Below, one piece after another: positions 7,053-10,382 of a stretch of 10,382 nucleotides of DNA. Numbering within the stretch: position 1 is the first letter of the stretch; each line of letters opens with the position of its first letter. The stretch comes from Myxococcales bacterium (GTDB taxonomy: Bacteria; Myxococcota_A; Polyangia; Polyangiales; Polyangiaceae): the NCBI GenBank assembly GCA_043785185.1, contig JAYVXL010000840.1:1-10382 (forward strand), read 5' to 3'. The notes beneath the pieces are model-generated. The model did not search any database. It was not told the origin of the DNA and was given only the letters and a program-made list of their open reading frames with translations. The position numbers and the translations under genes were made by a program.

Positions 7053-7081
7053 CGCGCGTTGTTGTGCGGCAAGCGCGTTTT
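7053..7081 (+). terminator. Candidate intrinsic terminator after the TPR ORF
   Basis: The stem CGCGC(G)UUG / CAAGCGCG has 8 bp and one bulge. The loop is UUGUGCGG and the hairpin is followed by UUUU. Confidence 0.4.
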
Positions 7082-7151
7082 CCCCGAAGAGCCATCTCAC
7101 CGGGCGCGTGGCAGGCGATCGATCCGCCGTCCGCTCGATACGTTCGCTCAT

Positions 7152-7169
7152 GATCCATCATCCTGGATC
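7152..7169. promoter_or_regulatory. Perfect inverted repeat GATCCA-N6-TGGATC, a possible activator (EBP) site
   Basis: The palindrome is seen directly in the sequence. It lies about 90 bp upstream of the sigma-54-like element. Confidence 0.25.
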
Positions 7170-7241
7170 GGGGCACACCCACGCGCGAAGTGCGTCCCGC
7201 CCTATCGCACGAGAAAGAATCGTGAAAAAGACTCATGCGAG

Positions 7242-7257
7242 TGGCACACAGCATGCT
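7242..7257 (+). promoter_or_regulatory. Sigma-54 (-24/-12) type promoter candidate for the lysyl-oxidase-like gene
   Basis: TGGCAC-acagc-ATGCT compares with the consensus TGGCAC-N5-TTGCW. The GG (7243-7244) and GC (7255-7256) have the canonical spacing. It lies about 50 nt upstream of ATG 7307. Confidence 0.4.
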
Positions 7258-7306
7258 ACTGACTCCCACCCTGTACCTGACGACGACAAATGGGGAGGCG
7301 GTTCCA

Positions 7307-9214
7307 ATGGGCATGGGATGGAAGACGGGTCTTGGGGGGATTGGAATCGCGCTGAGCATGCTGGGGTACGCGTGCAGCAGCGATCCCGGAGCGCTGAGCG
7401 GCGCTAGGGAGAATCCGTCCCAAGTGACGTCGGGTTTGACCACGGCGGGTGCTCTCGTGCGCATGGACATGAGCTCCACGGTCGGCGTGCTCCTCGACGA
7501 TCTCCCGCTGGCCAACCGCGACGCGGCCGCGGCCGCCGCGCTCGCCCAGCCCGCCAGCTTTTGGACCGACCGCGCGACGCGGCAGGCGCGACTCACGTAC
7601 TACCGACTTGCGTTCCGGGGAGGCTTCTACACGACGACGCCTCCGAAGGGGCCCCTGCCTCTGCCTCCGGATCCCGTCTGGCACATCCAGCTCACGGGAC
7701 GGCCGCAGCGCGCAACGATCGGCGGTCACGATCTGGTCGTCGTGAACTACTCGTTCAACTCGTACATCCTCAGCGATACGACGTCGCCGGGGATCGTGGA
7801 GCCCTCGCTCGGCACAGTTGGCGGAACGTGGGACGAACCCTTCAATCTCCCCATCGATCCGGAGCTTCTGCTCCAGCGCACGGGCTACGCCTGCATGGAC
7901 GAGTTCGAGTACCCCGCGGGGAGCGTGTTCGAGGAGAACGCCTACTATTTCTACGACCAGACCTGCACGGCAGGGTCAAAGTACTGCCACGTCACGAATT
8001 TCCCAAGCTTGGGATGCGGCGACGCGCTCGAGAAATACGTGGGGAACATCAAGCCGGAACTGCATTTCGCCCGCGTTGCGTACGATGCAACGCTCGCGAG
8101 CCAGTTTCGGGTCGGCACCGTCACGCCCGCAACGCAGAGCATCGCGACCGGGGCCGCCGATCTCGCGGTCGTCCAGGAGCCGCTGCGCGACGAGCACCGC
8201 ATTGCCTACCGTTTCTTCGGGCCCGGCTCCTGCGACCTCGGTGAGGGGACGATCGCGCAGCTCGGTTGGCGCCGCCTGCTCATGTTCTCGGCGGTGGTTC
8301 GAAACGACGGGACGGGGCCGGTCCACATCGGCAACGTGACCGATCCCACAAACCCATGGGTCCAGGCAGGCGCCTTCGAGTACAGCGCTTGCCACAAGCA
8401 CTACCACTTCAGCCACTACGGCTCCTTTAGCTACAACGGCTTGCCCGGGAGCAAGCGGGCGTTCTGCCTCGAAGACACGAACCGGTACCACAACGACGAG
8501 GTCACGCCGCTTACGGCGGTTCACCAGAGCTGCGAGTACCAAGGGATCGGCGCCGGATGGGGAGACGAGTACCAGTTCGGTCTCCCCGGACAGTGGGTCG
8601 ACATCACCGCCACCAGCACTTCGGCGACATCGGGCCTCTCGAACCAGCTGACGTTCGTCTCGAACAAGGATCAGTACATGTGTGAGGGAGCGCTTGGCAG
8701 CCCGCTTTTCCCCGTGGACGCGAGCGGCAAAATCATCTTTGGGTCGAAGCCCAACTGCACGTTCTTCTCGGGTTGGGGTAGCAACAACTCAGGCAGCGTG
8801 ACGGTCACCTCCCCGGGCGGGAGCTTCGTCACCGAGGCTTGCACGCGCGGACAGATCGGACCCAAACGCGATTGCGGCTTCACGGACACGCAGGCCCTCC
8901 ACAGCTGCGCATCCGGAAGCACGGTCAGACTCAAGTGCTCGACCACCGCAAGCACGCCCCAAGTCTTGCGCCTCTGCGAAAGGAGCGCGCAGCTCGGCGT
9001 GGGCGTCGCCTGCACCCTCGCCGACTCGGCCGCGAACGCGCTGGTCGATTCCGGCGGCACGAACGTGACCTTTGCGTGCCCAGCGGTGCGCGACGCCGCG
9101 CTCGACACCTCCGGAAATCCGACGACCAGCCCCGGGGTCGGCGGCTACTCCGTTTACAACGCGCCGCTCAGCCCGTCGGACACGGCCGGAGCGATCACCT
9201 GCACGGGCTGGTGA
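7307..9214 (+). CDS. Secreted lysyl-oxidase-family (copper amine oxidase, LTQ-type) protein with large unassigned N-terminal and Cys-rich C-terminal regions
   Basis: Several segments parallel human LOX:
- WRRLLMFSAVVRNDGTG matches HRVLLRFPQRVKNQGTS.
- FEYSACHKHYH matches WEWHSCHQHYH (the Cu His triad, at 8393-8407).
- GSKRAFCLEDT matches GHKASFCLEDT (Lys at 8453-8455).
- GWGDEYQFGLPGQWVDIT matches GCYDTYGADIDCQWIDIT (Tyr at 8570-8572).
The start is placed at ATG 7307, with GGAGG at 7294-7298 and the signal peptide MGMGWKTGLGGIGIALSMLGYA|C. Confidence 0.85.
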   Translation: MGMGWKTGLGGIGIALSMLGYACSSDPGALSGARENPSQVTSGLTTAGALVRMDMSSTVGVLLDDLPLANRDAAAAAALAQPASFWTDRATRQARLTYYRLAFRGGFYTTTPPKGPLPLPPDPVWHIQLTGRPQRATIGGHDLVVVNYSFNSYILSDTTSPGIVEPSLGTVGGTWDEPFNLPIDPELLLQRTGYACMDEFEYPAGSVFEENAYYFYDQTCTAGSKYCHVTNFPSLGCGDALEKYVGNIKPELHFARVAYDATLASQFRVGTVTPATQSIATGAADLAVVQEPLRDEHRIAYRFFGPGSCDLGEGTIAQLGWRRLLMFSAVVRNDGTGPVHIGNVTDPTNPWVQAGAFEYSACHKHYHFSHYGSFSYNGLPGSKRAFCLEDTNRYHNDEVTPLTAVHQSCEYQGIGAGWGDEYQFGLPGQWVDITATSTSATSGLSNQLTFVSNKDQYMCEGALGSPLFPVDASGKIIFGSKPNCTFFSGWGSNNSGSVTVTSPGGSFVTEACTRGQIGPKRDCGFTDTQALHSCASGSTVRLKCSTTASTPQVLRLCERSAQLGVGVACTLADSAANALVDSGGTNVTFACPAVRDAALDTSGNPTTSPGVGGYSVYNAPLSPSDTAGAITCTGW

Positions 9215-9596
9215 AACGCTTGGCCTCCGAACCGAGCCGCCAACGCGGACCTTCGCCGCACGCAGCGTCGCGGGGGTGAGCTTCGCCCGCGGCCTCGAGC
9301 GCGCGGCTGTTGGCGAGCGCGCGGTGGTAGGGGTAGTGCAGTGCGAGCAGCGGTCGGTCGGGTATGGCGTCGTCGAGCTCCTGGCGGGTCGGCGCGCGCC
9401 GTTCGGCCAATCCCGCCTCGTCCCAATCGGCGGCGATGAGCCACTGCCCGGGGGGCGGCGGCGGCGCTGGCAGCAGCAAGAGCGCGCTGCAATCCCGCGA
9501 TATCGACGATCGCGGGCGGCCGAGGCGCACCGTTCCCCCGTAGAGGGCGTGGATGCAGGGGTGGTGGGGCGCGTCGATGAATCCGGGGGTGACGGT
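9195..9596 (-). pseudogene. Amidohydrolase (Amidohydro_3-type) gene remnant lacking both the N-terminal about 50 aa and the C-terminal about 300+ aa
   Basis: The minus-strand frame reads TVTPGFIDAPHHPCIH...GQWLIAADWDEAGLAERRAPTRQELDDAIPDRPLLALHYPYHRALANSRALEAAG. There is no proper start; an upstream in-frame TGA lies at 9654-9656. The metal-site DAHxH reads DAPHH. Recognisable similarity ends near 9285 and the frame runs into the 3' end of the LOX gene. Confidence 0.55.
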
Positions 9597-9806
9597 TGAA
9601 CGCGCCGACGCTTGCAGAATGCAACAAGGCGCTCGACAACTCTTGGCGATATCTCACGGCACAGCGCCTCGCGGTCTCGTGTACTCTCGCAGAATGCCCG
9701 CCGGCGCCCCACGCACCTCGTGGCTACGCCAGGGGTTAGCGGTGCTCATTGGTACCGTCACCCTTGGCGAAGAAGGCAGAGATCGATCGCACGTTGGGGT
9801 GCGGTC

Positions 9807-10382
9807 GTGAAGGGGTCAATCCTTCTCGCCTTCTTCGCGGCGATGGGGTGCTCGCGAACCGCCACGCGTCCGGCACCGTCCTCGTCGAGCAGCACGGATG
9901 CGACAACGTTGGCCGCTCCGCAGTCGACTACGCGTGAACAGGTCTCGGTGACCGCCAAGGGAGATCCCTTCGGACTTCGCGTTGAAGGCGGAACGATCTC
10001 CTTCTGCGACAAGCGCGGGGGTCGAAAGATCGACCTCGCAACCGGCGAGGATGCTGCGTTCGAGCGAACGTGCTCGAGAGACCGCGAGCCGAACACCGCG
10101 TGTGGTGAGCTTCCGCTTGAGGTCACAGTGAGTACGCCCGACCTCGGCCCAAACGATCTCGTAGACGTGAACGGCTCGCGCTTTCCACTCGACGGTCGAG
10201 TTCACGACTGCACGGCCGACGTGAAGGTGCTCACCATCGTCACGGGGGCGTCGGTGGTGGTGATCGACGCGGCAACGAATAAGAGCAACGTTCTCGATCA
10301 CACGGGAGGGGATCGGGCGGCGATCGGGCCGGGGTGGATTGCGTGGACGAGCGGCTCGACGGTTCGGGCGAAGCGCCGATGA
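9807..10382 (+). CDS. Hypothetical small exported protein, possible lipoprotein
   Basis: The GTG start at 9807 gives VKGSILLAFFAAMG|CSRT followed by a Ser-rich linker. The upstream 65 codons of the longer ORF (9612-) are Arg-rich and not protein-like. The stop is at the window end. Confidence 0.5.
   Translation: MKGSILLAFFAAMGCSRTATRPAPSSSSSTDATTLAAPQSTTREQVSVTAKGDPFGLRVEGGTISFCDKRGGRKIDLATGEDAAFERTCSRDREPNTACGELPLEVTVSTPDLGPNDLVDVNGSRFPLDGRVHDCTADVKVLTIVTGASVVVIDAATNKSNVLDHTGGDRAAIGPGWIAWTSGSTVRAKRR

Noticed and set aside
7235-7306. ATG at 7235 as the start of the LOX-like gene, giving the 659-aa ORF-track call.
   Set aside because: There is no RBS. The extra 24 residues (MRVAHSMLLTPTLYLTTTNGEAVP) precede a complete signal peptide that begins at M25. 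GGAGG lies 8 nt upstream of ATG 7307. The sigma-54-like element would fall inside the extension.
9215-9245. A possible third copy of the ssrA 3' end (ggcctccgaaccgagccgcc) that would close a large island at the LOX/amidohydrolase junction.
   Set aside because: Only the pentamer cctcc and scattered bases match cctccaccacgggaccgcgg. This is not distinguishable from chance in GC-rich DNA.
8789-9712. A 307-aa minus-strand ORF overlapping the LOX 3' end and the amidohydrolase region. Others of this kind are 6910..7596 (-), 7976..8542 (-) and 7561..8244 (+).
   Set aside because: The translations are Arg/Pro/Ser-rich and non-protein-like. They are antisense or out of frame relative to regions with strong domain evidence.

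Overview
This is a high-GC bacterial chromosomal window. Hand-counted 60-nt lines range from about 55% to 82% GC. The gene content (Cys-rich lipoproteins, a sigma-54-type promoter) suggests a myxobacterium-like genome, but that is inference.

Left third (1-3753), envelope and redox genes:
- the 3' part of an Omp85/BamA-type barrel gene;
- a 33-Cys lipoprotein;
- a CCP/MauG-like di-haem cytochrome c;
- a membrane-anchored AhpC/TSA-type redoxin. Its frame is broken by one in-frame TGA exactly where the first Cys of the W-C-P-F-C redox motif belongs. A hairpin follows, so this is a candidate selenoprotein; the null is a pseudogene.

Centre: a complete tmRNA gene (ssrA, 3848-4208, tag ANDNAIALAA) with an intrinsic terminator. 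Its last 21 nt plus about 70 nt of downstream sequence recur 1.19 kb further on (5379-5468). The two copies bracket an integrase-less islet holding a small membrane protein and a 5'-clipped TetR regulator.

Right part, a lower-GC tract rich in gene decay:
- a thrice-frameshifted ORF;
- an intact excisionase-type HTH antitoxin followed by a PIN toxin gene cut off after 30 codons;
- a TPR fragment;
- an intact secreted lysyl-oxidase-family (copper/LTQ) protein with large unassigned N- and C-terminal regions and a sigma-54-like promoter;
- an amidohydrolase gene remnant abutting that gene;
- a final small putative lipoprotein.

No CRISPR array, rRNA, tRNA, transposase or integrase was seen. All family assignments come from motif recognition by eye; no searches were run.
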